Assembly: GCA_963697475.1 (NCBI GenBank)
Contig: CAVOOG010000002.1
Coordinates: 3,038 to 67,037, forward strand
DNA from: an uncultured Actinomycetota bacterium
GTDB lineage: Bacteria > Actinomycetota > Actinomycetes > Mycobacteriales > Mycobacteriaceae
Direction of reading: 5' to 3'
DNA length: 64,000 nt
Below, piece after piece: positions 13,324-22,073 of the stretch (positions are counted from its first letter, which is position 1; the number at the start of each line of letters is the position of its first letter). Below the pieces are notes generated by a model. It had not been told where the DNA came from. It searched no databases and was given only the letters and a program-made list of their open reading frames with translations. A program made the translations under genes and the position numbers.

Positions 13324-13785
13324 ATGGCTACAAAGAAGGCTGGTGGCGCCAAGAGTGTATCGAAGAAGGTGGCCGTCAGAGCTCCGGTGAAGAGGGCGCC
13401 CACCGCGAAGGCGGCCGTAGTCGGGACTGCGCAGAGGGGTCGGGTCGCCGCTGACGATCCCTTGTCTGAACAGCGCGTCCTGTACCTCGTCAACGTGTTC
13501 TCGCGTGCACAGCTGGCGAAGTTGATTGGCGTCAGCCCATCACAGACTTCCCGATGGGTATCAGGTGAAGAGCGTCCTGGCCCCGCCGCAGCTCCGGCGC
13601 TAATTGATCTAGAACATGTGTATTCGCGCGCGCGCTTGGTATGGGGTGGCGACTCGGCGCGTATCTGGATGGAAAGCGCTAACGCCTTCCTCGGGGGAGC
13701 CCGACCTCTTGATGTTCTAGTTACCGAAGGAGCCGCTCGGGTTCTTCAAACGCTCGACGCAGAGATGTGGGGCGGGGCGGCGTGA
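13324..13785 (+). CDS. Xre/MbcA/ParS-type antitoxin (HTH plus C-terminal toxin-binding domain)
   Basis: FSRAQLAKLIGVSPSQTSRW HTH; WMESANAFLGGARPLDVL C-terminal motif; directly upstream of RES gene. Confidence 0.8.
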   Translation: MATKKAGGAKSVSKKVAVRAPVKRAPTAKAAVVGTAQRGRVAADDPLSEQRVLYLVNVFSRAQLAKLIGVSPSQTSRWVSGEERPGPAAAPALIDLEHVYSRARLVWGGDSARIWMESANAFLGGARPLDVLVTEGAARVLQTLDAEMWGGAA

Positions 13786-14340
13786 GTGCTGGTATATCGC
13801 GTCTTTCCCTACCTTGAGACGGCTCCACTCGGCGAGCCAGGGCATCCGCTATATGAACACCGCCCGCAGCGCGGTGGCCGGGCTGATCACCCCGACTATT
13901 ACGTCTGGTATGTGGCCCGCCAATCCGAAGCCGCGTGCGGTGAAGCGTTCGGCAACCTGTCGCGCTGGATCGACTCGATGTTCGATTTTCCGGCAGTACC
14001 CGGTGCACGGAAGACGCTCGGGGTGTACGAACTGCCCGACGATCTGCGCATTTGCGACCTTGATGATCCGCACCGCCTAGCAGAGCTAGGACTTCGACCG
14101 ACACAGATCGTCACTCGCAACCTGGCAGTCACTTCGGAGTGGGCGCATCGGATCTGGTCTCAGAGTTCTCCTGCCATTGACGACCGAAAATGGCAGGCGG
14201 TGCAATGGTGGTCCTTCCATCGGCCAACTTGGACCGTCATCGCCAGTTGGGAACGGCCCAAGCTCGTCGAACTCGAACATCTGAACCTCGACCACCCAGC
14301 CGGTGTAGCGGCAGCTAAGGGCCTCAACCGGCCTCTATAG
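13786..14340 (+). CDS. RES domain toxin (putative NAD+-consuming)
   Basis: YRV...GGRADHP...WYVA...GEAFG; translationally coupled to antitoxin. Confidence 0.75.
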   Translation: MLVYRVFPYLETAPLGEPGHPLYEHRPQRGGRADHPDYYVWYVARQSEAACGEAFGNLSRWIDSMFDFPAVPGARKTLGVYELPDDLRICDLDDPHRLAELGLRPTQIVTRNLAVTSEWAHRIWSQSSPAIDDRKWQAVQWWSFHRPTWTVIASWERPKLVELEHLNLDHPAGVAAAKGLNRPL

Positions 14341-14534
14341 ACAATCTGGCTCCGGAAGCGGATCGGCGAGCTCCAGGCTTACGCGAACATTCGTCATCGG
14401 CAATGAAATCTGTTGGACCGCAAGGAAATACGCGGGCGAGGGTCGCTCGAATCATCCGTGACTCATCTGCACAGCCGGGCGGGACCGTCTCCGTCGACGT
14501 CCTCTGCCCCAACCAGTCAGAGGACTGAGAAGGC

Positions 14535-17060
14535 CTACAGATCGACCGGCATCGGGTCGACGTTCCAGATCTCGTCGCAGTACTCGGCGATCGCGCGATC
14601 CGACGAGAACTTCCCGCTGCGGGCAGCGTTGAGGATCGACATCCGTGACCAGGTATCGTCGTCCTGCCACGCTGCACTGACCTTCGCCTGGCAGTTCACG
14701 TAGGAGCGGTAGTCGGCCAGCACCAGGAACGGGTCGTGGTGAATGAGGTTGTCCACCACGGGACGCAGGATCTCGGTGTCGCCGTTCGTGAAAGCGCCAC
14801 CCAGGATCGGCTCGAGCACCTCGGCCAGCTCCGGGTCGCGCTCGATGTAGCTCGCCGGCCGGTACCCCTCGGCCTTGATCCGCTCCACTTCGTCGACGGT
14901 CAGCCCGAACAGGAAGAAGTTCTCCGCCCCTGCCTCTTCGCGGATCTCGACGTTCGCGCCGTCGAGGGTGCCGATGGTCAGGGCGCCGTTCATCATGAAC
15001 TTCATGTTGCCGGTGCCGGAGGCCTCCTTGCCGGCGGTGGAGATCTGCTCGGAGAGGTTGGCCGCCGGGTAGATCAGATGGGCGTTCTGCACGTTGAAGT
15101 TCGGCAGGAACACCACTTTCAAGAAGCGGTTGACGTCGGGGTCGTTGTTGACCGTTGCCCCGACGGCGGTGATAAGCTTGATGATCCGCTTGGCCATGAA
15201 GTAGCCCGGCGCCGCCTTGCCGCCGAAGATGAAGGCGCGCGGCGCGACGGCGAAACCGGGCTTCTGCTTGAGGCGGTTGTAGAGCGTGATGATGTGCAGG
15301 ACGTTGAGGTGCTGACGCTTGTACTCGTGAATCCGCTTGACCTGAATGTCGAACATCCAGGTGTGGTCCAATTCGATACCGGTGGTGGAGTGTACGAACT
15401 CGGCGAGCCGTTTTTTATTGGCGCGCTTGACTTCTCGCCAGCGCTGCCGGAAGGCGGGGTCTTCAACGAAGTCTTCGAGCCGGCGCAGCTGGTCGAGGTC
15501 GGTCAGCCAACCGTCACCGATGGTCTCGTCGAGCAGGCCGCGCAGTCCCGGGTTGGACAGGGCCAGGAAACGTCGTGGTGTCACGCCGTTGGTCACGTTG
15601 CCGAACCGCTCCGGCCACAGCTCGTAGAAGTCTTTGAGCACACTGGCTTTCAGCAGCTCCGAGTGCAGCGCGGCGACGCCGTTGACCGCGTGGCTGCCCA
15701 CTGTCGCCAGATGTGCCATCCGCACGCACTTTCCGTGCTCCTCGCCGATGAGCGACATCCGCGCGATGCGGTCCTCGTCGGCGGGGAACAGTGACCGCAC
15801 CTCGTCGAGGAAGCGGTCGTTGATCTCGTAGATGATCTCGAGATGCCGGGGCAGGGATTCCCCGAAGATGCCCAGTGACCAGGTCTCCAGAGCCTCGGGC
15901 AGCAGGGTGTGGTTGGTGTAGGCGAAGGTTTCCACGGTGAGGGCCCAGGCGTCGTCCCAGCTGATGTGGTGGTCGTCGACGAGCAGGCGCATCAGCTCGG
16001 CCACCGCGATCGACGGGTGGGTGTCGTTGAGCTGAATGGCCCACTTCTGCGGGAGCGCCGACAGCGGCAGCCCGACCCGCTCGGTGTGGATGCGCAGGAT
16101 GTCCTGCAGTGAGCACGACACGAAGAAGTACTGCTGTTGCAGCCGAAGCCGCTTGCCGGCTTCGGGTTCGTCGTTGGGGTAGAGCACCTTCGAGACCTTC
16201 TCGGCGACGACCTCCTCCTCGACGGCCTTGTAGAAGTCGCCGGTATTGAAGGCCTCCAGGGCGAAGGACTCGACGGAGCGGGCGCTCCAGAGCGTGAGCG
16301 TGTTGCAGGTGTTGACGCCGTATCCCTGGATCGGCGTGTCATAGGAGACGCCCTTGATCAGCTGCTGCGGCCTCCACCGCACGCGGTGGAGGCCGGCGAG
16401 GTCCTCGTACTGTTCGGTGTGCCCGCCCCAGTTGACGATGTAACTGGCGTCGGGCTTGTCGATCTCCCACGGGTTGCCCCGCACCAGCCAGTTGTCGGTC
16501 TTCTCGACCTGCCAACCGTTGTGGATCTCCTGGTCGAAAATCCCGAACTCGTAACGGATTCCGTAGCCGATGGACGGGCGCTCCAGGGTGGCCAGCGAAT
16601 CCAGGTAGCACGCCGCGAGCCGGCCCAAGCCGCCGTTGCCCAGTCCGGGCTCCTCTTCGCACGCCATGATCTCGTCGAGTTTCTGACCGAGTGCAGCCAG
16701 CGCCTCGTGGGCCTGCTCCTCGATTCCGAGGTTCAGCAGGTTGTTGCCGAGCTGGGGGCCCATCAGGAACTCCGCCGACAGGTAGCAGGTCACCTTGTTG
16801 GACAGATCGAGCCAGTCCTGGGTGGTGGCCATCCAGCGCTGCTGCATCCGGTCGCGCACGGCCAGGGCCAGCGCGCGGTAGTAGTGCTCGGCGGTCAGCG
16901 CGACGGCGGGCCGGGCGATCGAATAGGTGAGGTGGTCACTGATGGCGCGGCGCAGCGCGTCGGGCGACAGGCCGGTGCGGCTGTGCTCGTGAGGTGCGGG
17001 CGGTACGGCGGGATCGAAAGCTTCTGCGTTCCCGGGCGTGGTGCTCACCACATCGATCAT
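14535..17060 (-). CDS. glgP: Glycogen/alpha-glucan phosphorylase (GT35)
   Basis: LGNGGLGRLAAC, QLNDTHP, KRIHEYKRQ, EASGTGNMKF (PLP lysine), GTLDGANVE. Confidence 0.95.
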   Translation of the reverse strand: MIDVVSTTPGNAEAFDPAVPPAPHEHSRTGLSPDALRRAISDHLTYSIARPAVALTAEHYYRALALAVRDRMQQRWMATTQDWLDLSNKVTCYLSAEFLMGPQLGNNLLNLGIEEQAHEALAALGQKLDEIMACEEEPGLGNGGLGRLAACYLDSLATLERPSIGYGIRYEFGIFDQEIHNGWQVEKTDNWLVRGNPWEIDKPDASYIVNWGGHTEQYEDLAGLHRVRWRPQQLIKGVSYDTPIQGYGVNTCNTLTLWSARSVESFALEAFNTGDFYKAVEEEVVAEKVSKVLYPNDEPEAGKRLRLQQQYFFVSCSLQDILRIHTERVGLPLSALPQKWAIQLNDTHPSIAVAELMRLLVDDHHISWDDAWALTVETFAYTNHTLLPEALETWSLGIFGESLPRHLEIIYEINDRFLDEVRSLFPADEDRIARMSLIGEEHGKCVRMAHLATVGSHAVNGVAALHSELLKASVLKDFYELWPERFGNVTNGVTPRRFLALSNPGLRGLLDETIGDGWLTDLDQLRRLEDFVEDPAFRQRWREVKRANKKRLAEFVHSTTGIELDHTWMFDIQVKRIHEYKRQHLNVLHIITLYNRLKQKPGFAVAPRAFIFGGKAAPGYFMAKRIIKLITAVGATVNNDPDVNRFLKVVFLPNFNVQNAHLIYPAANLSEQISTAGKEASGTGNMKFMMNGALTIGTLDGANVEIREEAGAENFFLFGLTVDEVERIKAEGYRPASYIERDPELAEVLEPILGGAFTNGDTEILRPVVDNLIHHDPFLVLADYRSYVNCQAKVSAAWQDDDTWSRMSILNAARSGKFSSDRAIAEYCDEIWNVDPMPVDL

Positions 17061-17352
17061 TGCATGCTCCCTGCTTCTGGACAGCTGCTGAGGACGGCAG
17101 TGTGGCATTGCCGTGTTTCAGCCCGGTGAGCCCAGCGAGGCGCTCATGTGAACTATGGCCCATCGGCGTTCGGCCCGTTCGCGCTCGTCCTTCAGCCGCT
17201 CCTTGCTCCGCAACAGCCGCAGCAGCGTCACCAGGACAAGCCCACCGAGTCGGTGCCGCAGCCGGGAGCGATCCACAGTGGCGGCCGCCGCCGCCAGGGA
17301 CTGGGCCGCGACCGGTGTTGATTGACCGGCACGGGCGGTCGCGGTGCTTAGA

Positions 17353-18098
17353 CTGCGCCCATGTTGCATCCTGCAAGTTGGACTGGACTAGCGGGTGGGA
17401 GTCCCGCCCCGGTAGGCACCGGAGCGCCGGGTAGCAGGCCCGGGTTCGTCGTCGAGAGGCGGCGGGCTAAGCGGGGTGTCAAGAGCCTCTTTGGAGGGAG
17501 CAAGAGCGCGGGCCGTAGCGTCATCCGGCGCGAGTCCTGCAGCCTCGTCACAGTCACAATGGAGGAGCCGAGCCGCTCATGTCACGGCGAAGGTCTATGT
17601 TTGTCGAGCCCTGGTCCGGGGTCAGCTCGGCGGGTCCTTCCGGGGTACGGGGAGCGGCACGTGTGCACAGTTCAGTCGGGAACAGGAGAGGCCCGTCTGC
17701 CCCTTCTGCGTCGGGCAAAGACCGGGGGTATGGGCCGATGGTGAAAATCCTTGGAGGGCAGCGGGAGTCTGAGGGGGTCGTAGTACCGCTGGTCGGCGTC
17801 GCGGGCACTCCGAACGGCGGGGTGATCTCGCCGTTGTTGGCCAGCGTCTCCCTGCATGTGCTCGATACTGAACTTTCCCGCGGGAATGTGCGTGCCGGAC
17901 GAGCCGATCAGCGGAGCGAACAGTGGTTTAACGGGCACGGCCTGCACCGGCTTCGTGGCACCATCCGCTACCCAAAGGCTGCGTAACCATGTCAAGAAGA
18001 TCATCGGTAAGCCGTGTGCGGGAAAACCGCACGCAGGGATTGAAAGGGGGATGGGGAAACAGACCCGCACTGCGGGCACTGCGCCCCTGACTACCAAT
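17353..18098 (+). mobile_element. Group II intron with internally deleted intron-encoded protein
   Basis: 5' CTGCGCCC (GTGCG-like); domain V AAGCCGTGTGCGGGAAAACCGCACGCAGGGATT at 18009-18041; 3' end CTACCAAT; RT remnant GTPNGGVISPLLAS..LHVLD joined to a C-terminal remnant HRLRGTIRYPKAA*. Confidence 0.85.
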
Positions 18099-19953
18099 GG
18101 CTCAGGGCCACGACGACGTAGCGGACGGCCTGCTCCGCATCGAGGACTGCCTGGATTCCGAGGGCGGTGTGGTCCTGCCCGCGGGCGTGACGCTGATCTC
18201 GCTGATCGAGCGCAATGTCGCCAATGTCGGTGATTCCGTTGCCTATCGATACCTCGACTACAGCCATTGCGCCGAGGGACAGGTCGCCGAGCTGACCTGG
18301 ACGCAGTTGGGCCGCCGGCTGCTGGCGGTCGGCGCGCACATCCAGAAAGCCGCGTCCTGGGGCGATCGGGTGGCCATCCTCGCGCCGCAGGGACTCGAGT
18401 ACATCACGGGCTTCTTCGCCGCGATCAAGGCGGGCACCATCGCGGTGCCGCTGTTCGCCCCGGAACTGCCCGGGCACGCCGAGCGCCTGGACATCGCGCT
18501 CGCAGACGCCGCTCCCCGCGTGGTCCTCACCACCGCGGCGGCGCACGAATCGGTGCGCGGCTTCCTCAGCCGGCTGCCGTCCGCGCGGCGACCGGAGGTG
18601 ATCGTGATCGACGAGATCCCGGACTCGGCGGCGGAGGATTTCGCAGCCACCGTCATCAATGTCGACGACATCTCACACCTTCAGTACACCTCGGGTTCGA
18701 CCCACCCGCCGGTGGGCGTCGAAATCACCCATCGGGCCGTCGGCACGAACCTCATCCAGATGATCCTGTCGATCGACCTGTTGGACCGAAACACCCACGG
18801 CGTCAGTTGGTTACCGCTCTACCACGACATGGGCCTGTCGATGATCGGGTTTCCCACCGTCTACGGCGGGCATTCCACCCTGCTGTCACCGACGGCGTTC
18901 ATCCGGCGGCCGCAACGGTGGATCCAGGCCATGTCGGCCGGATCCCGGGAAGGCCACGTGGTCACTGCCGCACCGAATTTCGCCTACGAATGGACCGCGC
19001 AGCGCGGCCTGCCGGATCCGGGCGAGGACATCGACCTGAGCAACGTGGTGCTGATCATCGGTTCCGAGCCGGTCAGCATCGACGCCATCCGCACGTTCAA
19101 CGTCGCGTTCGCGCCACATGGATTGCCGGCCACTGCGTTCAAGCCATCCTACGGGATCGCCGAGGGGACGCTGTTCGTCTCGACCATCGCACCGGACGCC
19201 ACGGCCACCGTCGTCCATCTCGACGGTGCCCGGCTGGCCGCCGGGCAGGCTGTACCGGTGGTGGCTGACCACCCCGGCGCCGTGGCGCAGGTATCCTGCG
19301 GCCAGGTGGCCCGGAGCCAATGGGCGGTGATGGTCGATCCGGGCAACTGTACGGAAGTGCCAGATTCCCAGGTGGGCGAAATCTGGCTACACGGTGAGAA
19401 CATCGGCCGCGGGTACTGGGGTCAGCCCGAGATGAGCCGAACGACGTTCGGCGCCAAGCTCGTACAGCGTCTCGAGGTGGGTAGCCATGCCGACGGCACA
19501 CCGGACTCGGCCACCTGGCTGCGCACCGGCGACCTCGGCTTCTATCGTGACGGCGAACTGTATGTCACCGGCCGCATCGCGGATCTGGTCACCGTGGATG
19601 GCCGCACCTTCTACCCCCAGGACATCGAGGCGACGGCGGCGGAGGCGTCGCCGATCGTGCGGCGCGGATACGTCGCGGCGTTCTGCGCACCCGCGGGGGA
19701 GTTACCGGGATCGCAGACCGACGACGCCGCACCGGTGCTGGTGATCATCGCCGAACGTGCGGCCGGCACCAGCCGCACCGACCCGCAGGTGGCCCTCGAC
19801 GCGATCCGCGCCGCGGTCCTGGCCAAGCACGGCGTCGAGGTGGCCCAGGCGCACTTGGTGCCGGCCGGGGCGATCCCGCGCACCACGAGCGGGAAGCTGG
19901 CTCGACGCGCATGCCGTACGGAATACCTCGACGGCAGCCTGAAGGTACGTTGA
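18097..19953 (+). CDS. fadD31: Fatty acyl-AMP ligase, FadD31-like
   Basis: GLLRIEDCLD, HLQYTSGST, LIQMILSIDLL, WLPLYHDMGLSMIGFP, PRTTSGKLARRAC closely resemble mycobacterial FadD31 as recalled. Confidence 0.88.
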   Translation: MAQGHDDVADGLLRIEDCLDSEGGVVLPAGVTLISLIERNVANVGDSVAYRYLDYSHCAEGQVAELTWTQLGRRLLAVGAHIQKAASWGDRVAILAPQGLEYITGFFAAIKAGTIAVPLFAPELPGHAERLDIALADAAPRVVLTTAAAHESVRGFLSRLPSARRPEVIVIDEIPDSAAEDFAATVINVDDISHLQYTSGSTHPPVGVEITHRAVGTNLIQMILSIDLLDRNTHGVSWLPLYHDMGLSMIGFPTVYGGHSTLLSPTAFIRRPQRWIQAMSAGSREGHVVTAAPNFAYEWTAQRGLPDPGEDIDLSNVVLIIGSEPVSIDAIRTFNVAFAPHGLPATAFKPSYGIAEGTLFVSTIAPDATATVVHLDGARLAAGQAVPVVADHPGAVAQVSCGQVARSQWAVMVDPGNCTEVPDSQVGEIWLHGENIGRGYWGQPEMSRTTFGAKLVQRLEVGSHADGTPDSATWLRTGDLGFYRDGELYVTGRIADLVTVDGRTFYPQDIEATAAEASPIVRRGYVAAFCAPAGELPGSQTDDAAPVLVIIAERAAGTSRTDPQVALDAIRAAVLAKHGVEVAQAHLVPAGAIPRTTSGKLARRACRTEYLDGSLKVR

Positions 19954-20114
19954 CCCATGCCCCTTCGTGCCCGATCTGGGTGCCCGTGTTCTGTTCGCTG
20001 GAGGGCCACGCCGGGTTGTTTGTCGGCGGACGCCGCTGTTGTTGGGTTGCCGCAGCTGTGCGCACGCTTACGTGGAACCGGTAATCGTCTTACAAAACGT
20101 CGTACACTGTGGCT

Positions 20115-20348
20115 ATGGCTGACACGATTACCTTCCGGCCCGACGAAGACACATCGAAGGCGCTGGAGGTCTTGACTAGAGACGGTACGGCTGTGTCGGC
20201 GGCCGTTCGGTCTGCTCTTATCGATGCCGCCCGACGGAAGGCCGGCGCGGCGATTCGTGCCGAGGCGGAGGAGCTCGCCGAAGACGAGTCAGATCGCGCT
20301 GAGGCCATGCAGGTGCTGCGCGATATGGAGACACTGCGTGCGTGGTGA
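20115..20348 (+). CDS. RHH-type antitoxin (MazE-like)
   Basis: TITFRPDEDTSKAL...VSAAVRSAL; TACACT 6 nt upstream; overlaps toxin start. Confidence 0.8.
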   Translation: MADTITFRPDEDTSKALEVLTRDGTAVSAAVRSALIDAARRKAGAAIRAEAEELAEDESDRAEAMQVLRDMETLRAW

Positions 20349-20649
20349 GGTCTTTCGGTTGCATGCCGCGAGGGGGAGCCGCGGTCACGAGCAGTCCGGT
20401 TCCCGATACGCCGTAGTCGTCCAGTCAGATCAACTGCCGCTGTCGACCTGGCTGGTTGCGCCGACATCCACGTCGGCTCGTGCTGCCAGCTTCCGACCCG
20501 AGGTCGAAGTCGGCGGCCTAAAGACTCGAGTGCTTGCTGAGCAGACCGCAGCGGTCGACCCGGGCCGGCTCGGCAAGAGCGTCGGGTTCCTAAGTTTCGA
20601 CGAATTGCGTCGCGTTGATGCGGCCCTGCGTGTCGTCCTCGATCTATGA
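20338..20649 (+). CDS. mazF: MazF/PemK endoribonuclease toxin
   Basis: MRGEVFRL...RGHEQSGSRYAVVVQ...VAPTSTS...LAEQTAAVD. Confidence 0.88.
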   Translation: MRGEVFRLHAARGSRGHEQSGSRYAVVVQSDQLPLSTWLVAPTSTSARAASFRPEVEVGGLKTRVLAEQTAAVDPGRLGKSVGFLSFDELRRVDAALRVVLDL

Positions 20650-20684
20650 GCGCTGCGGCGCCATCATCACCATGGGACGACGAA

Positions 20685-20748
20685 AACAATTGGCAAGCAG
20701 TGCATTACGGTGTACTGGTAACCCTGCATATTCAATTGCTGCATATTG
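20685..20748 (+). repeat. Dispersed repeat copy B (dif-site flanks lacking core)
   Basis: AACAATTGGCAAGCAGTGCATTACGGTGTACTG|GTAACCCTGCATATTCAATTGCTGCATATT. Confidence 0.7.
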
Positions 20749-20795
20749 GGCGCGGATGTAGTGACCAGGTTTTGCTTAGGATGGAATGCCGCCGA

Positions 20796-22043
20796 TCAGC
20801 TCCGGCCTGACGCTTCCATGGCGGTTTTCACCGCGTCGTAAACATCGACCTGCTCGACGCGAACGGTGAATGGCTCGCCCTCGAAGACCGTTCCGTAGCC
20901 GAGTGCGGTCACGGTGTAGGTGACGGTCACCTCGTCCAAATTCAGGTTTCGCAGCACCAAGACGACGTCGTCTGCGTTGTGACGCCAGGGCGGGTGTGGT
21001 CGCAATTCGGCGAGCGTGATGGTCACCTCGAGGTCACCGTCATCGTTGTCTTCCCACTCGACGGGGTAGTCAGCGGGCAACCTTAGCTTTAAGTTCTGCA
21101 CGGCTAAGCTGCCGAACGGGTGCTGCGCCGGAAGCCAATCGGGATCCTTCAGCTTCTCCCATTCGAAAATGCCGATGTCTTCGAACTCAAGGCCGCCCGC
21201 GCCGTGGAAGGTCAAGATCACCTGCACGTTGCTGAGGAACGACTGCGCTTGGTTGGTGATGCGAAACCGCAAGGCGGGCCAGCAGATTGCCGCCAGGTAG
21301 TCTTGGCAGGCCGCCCACCGTCTTTCCAGGTCGCGTCGCAGGGTGGCTACTTGCCCAGCGATCTCTTCGTCCGAAATTGGTCGGGCCAGCTCGTCCGAGG
21401 CCTCGTAGCCCATTGGCCGCATTACAGACGGCATCACCGGATTCGGTGGGTTAGCTCGTAGTTCTTCGTTGCGCCGGCGCAACGACTCCTCCTCTATTTC
21501 CACCACGGTGGCCAACATTTCATCACCGTGAAGGAAGGTGCGCGCGTGCCCAATTACCTCGGCAGTAACCAGGATTGGCGGCGGTCCCGCCGGGATGCCC
21601 AGAAACTGCTCTCGAACCCCCGCCATGTGTGGGCGGTCGAGAACGGTTGTGACGCGTTCCAGGTGGTACAACTCGACTTTGGTATCGCCGCCGACCTTGC
21701 CAAGTGCCTCGCGTTCGGCGAGGCGTAGCTCCTGGTTGGTCACGAAGGCGACGCCAACTGGCGCAGGCGTTTGTGATTTGGCCTTCTCCACGTCGGACGT
21801 GAGTTTGTCGGTGATCCCGCTGATGCTCTGCTGACCGCGGGGGAAGTAAACAGCCATGACCCACGGCTCGCCGTTCTTCTGAATTAGTGCGTCGACGCCA
21901 CCGTCCTTGCCGCCCAACGGATGGGCCGGATCGATGCTTTCGAAACTCTCCTCGTCGAGGATGAGCGCAGCCATTCGCTCGGACGGCGTCTGGCCCATCG
22001 TCCACTCCAACAACAGGTGCCAAGTCTCGTCGAATCGCCTCAC
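20796..22043 (-). CDS. Hypothetical protein with N-terminal restriction-endonuclease-like domain
   Basis: SERMAALIL...IDPAHPLGGKDGGVDAL...FVTNQ resembles Mrr/PD-(D/E)XK-like domains; C-terminal part unassigned and beta-rich. Confidence 0.55.
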   Translation of the reverse strand: MRRFDETWHLLLEWTMGQTPSERMAALILDEESFESIDPAHPLGGKDGGVDALIQKNGEPWVMAVYFPRGQQSISGITDKLTSDVEKAKSQTPAPVGVAFVTNQELRLAEREALGKVGGDTKVELYHLERVTTVLDRPHMAGVREQFLGIPAGPPPILVTAEVIGHARTFLHGDEMLATVVEIEEESLRRRNEELRANPPNPVMPSVMRPMGYEASDELARPISDEEIAGQVATLRRDLERRWAACQDYLAAICWPALRFRITNQAQSFLSNVQVILTFHGAGGLEFEDIGIFEWEKLKDPDWLPAQHPFGSLAVQNLKLRLPADYPVEWEDNDDGDLEVTITLAELRPHPPWRHNADDVVLVLRNLNLDEVTVTYTVTALGYGTVFEGEPFTVRVEQVDVYDAVKTAMEASGRS

Positions 22044-22073
22044 GCGCTGCCTGTCATTGTTGTCCGCACCATC

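Noticed and set aside
17118-17369. Small ORFs upstream of the intron as the 5' exon of a longer fadD
   Set aside because: The spliced reading (PVLIDRHGRSRCLE-AQGH) does not resemble a FAAL N-terminus, and FadD31 is already near full length from 18097
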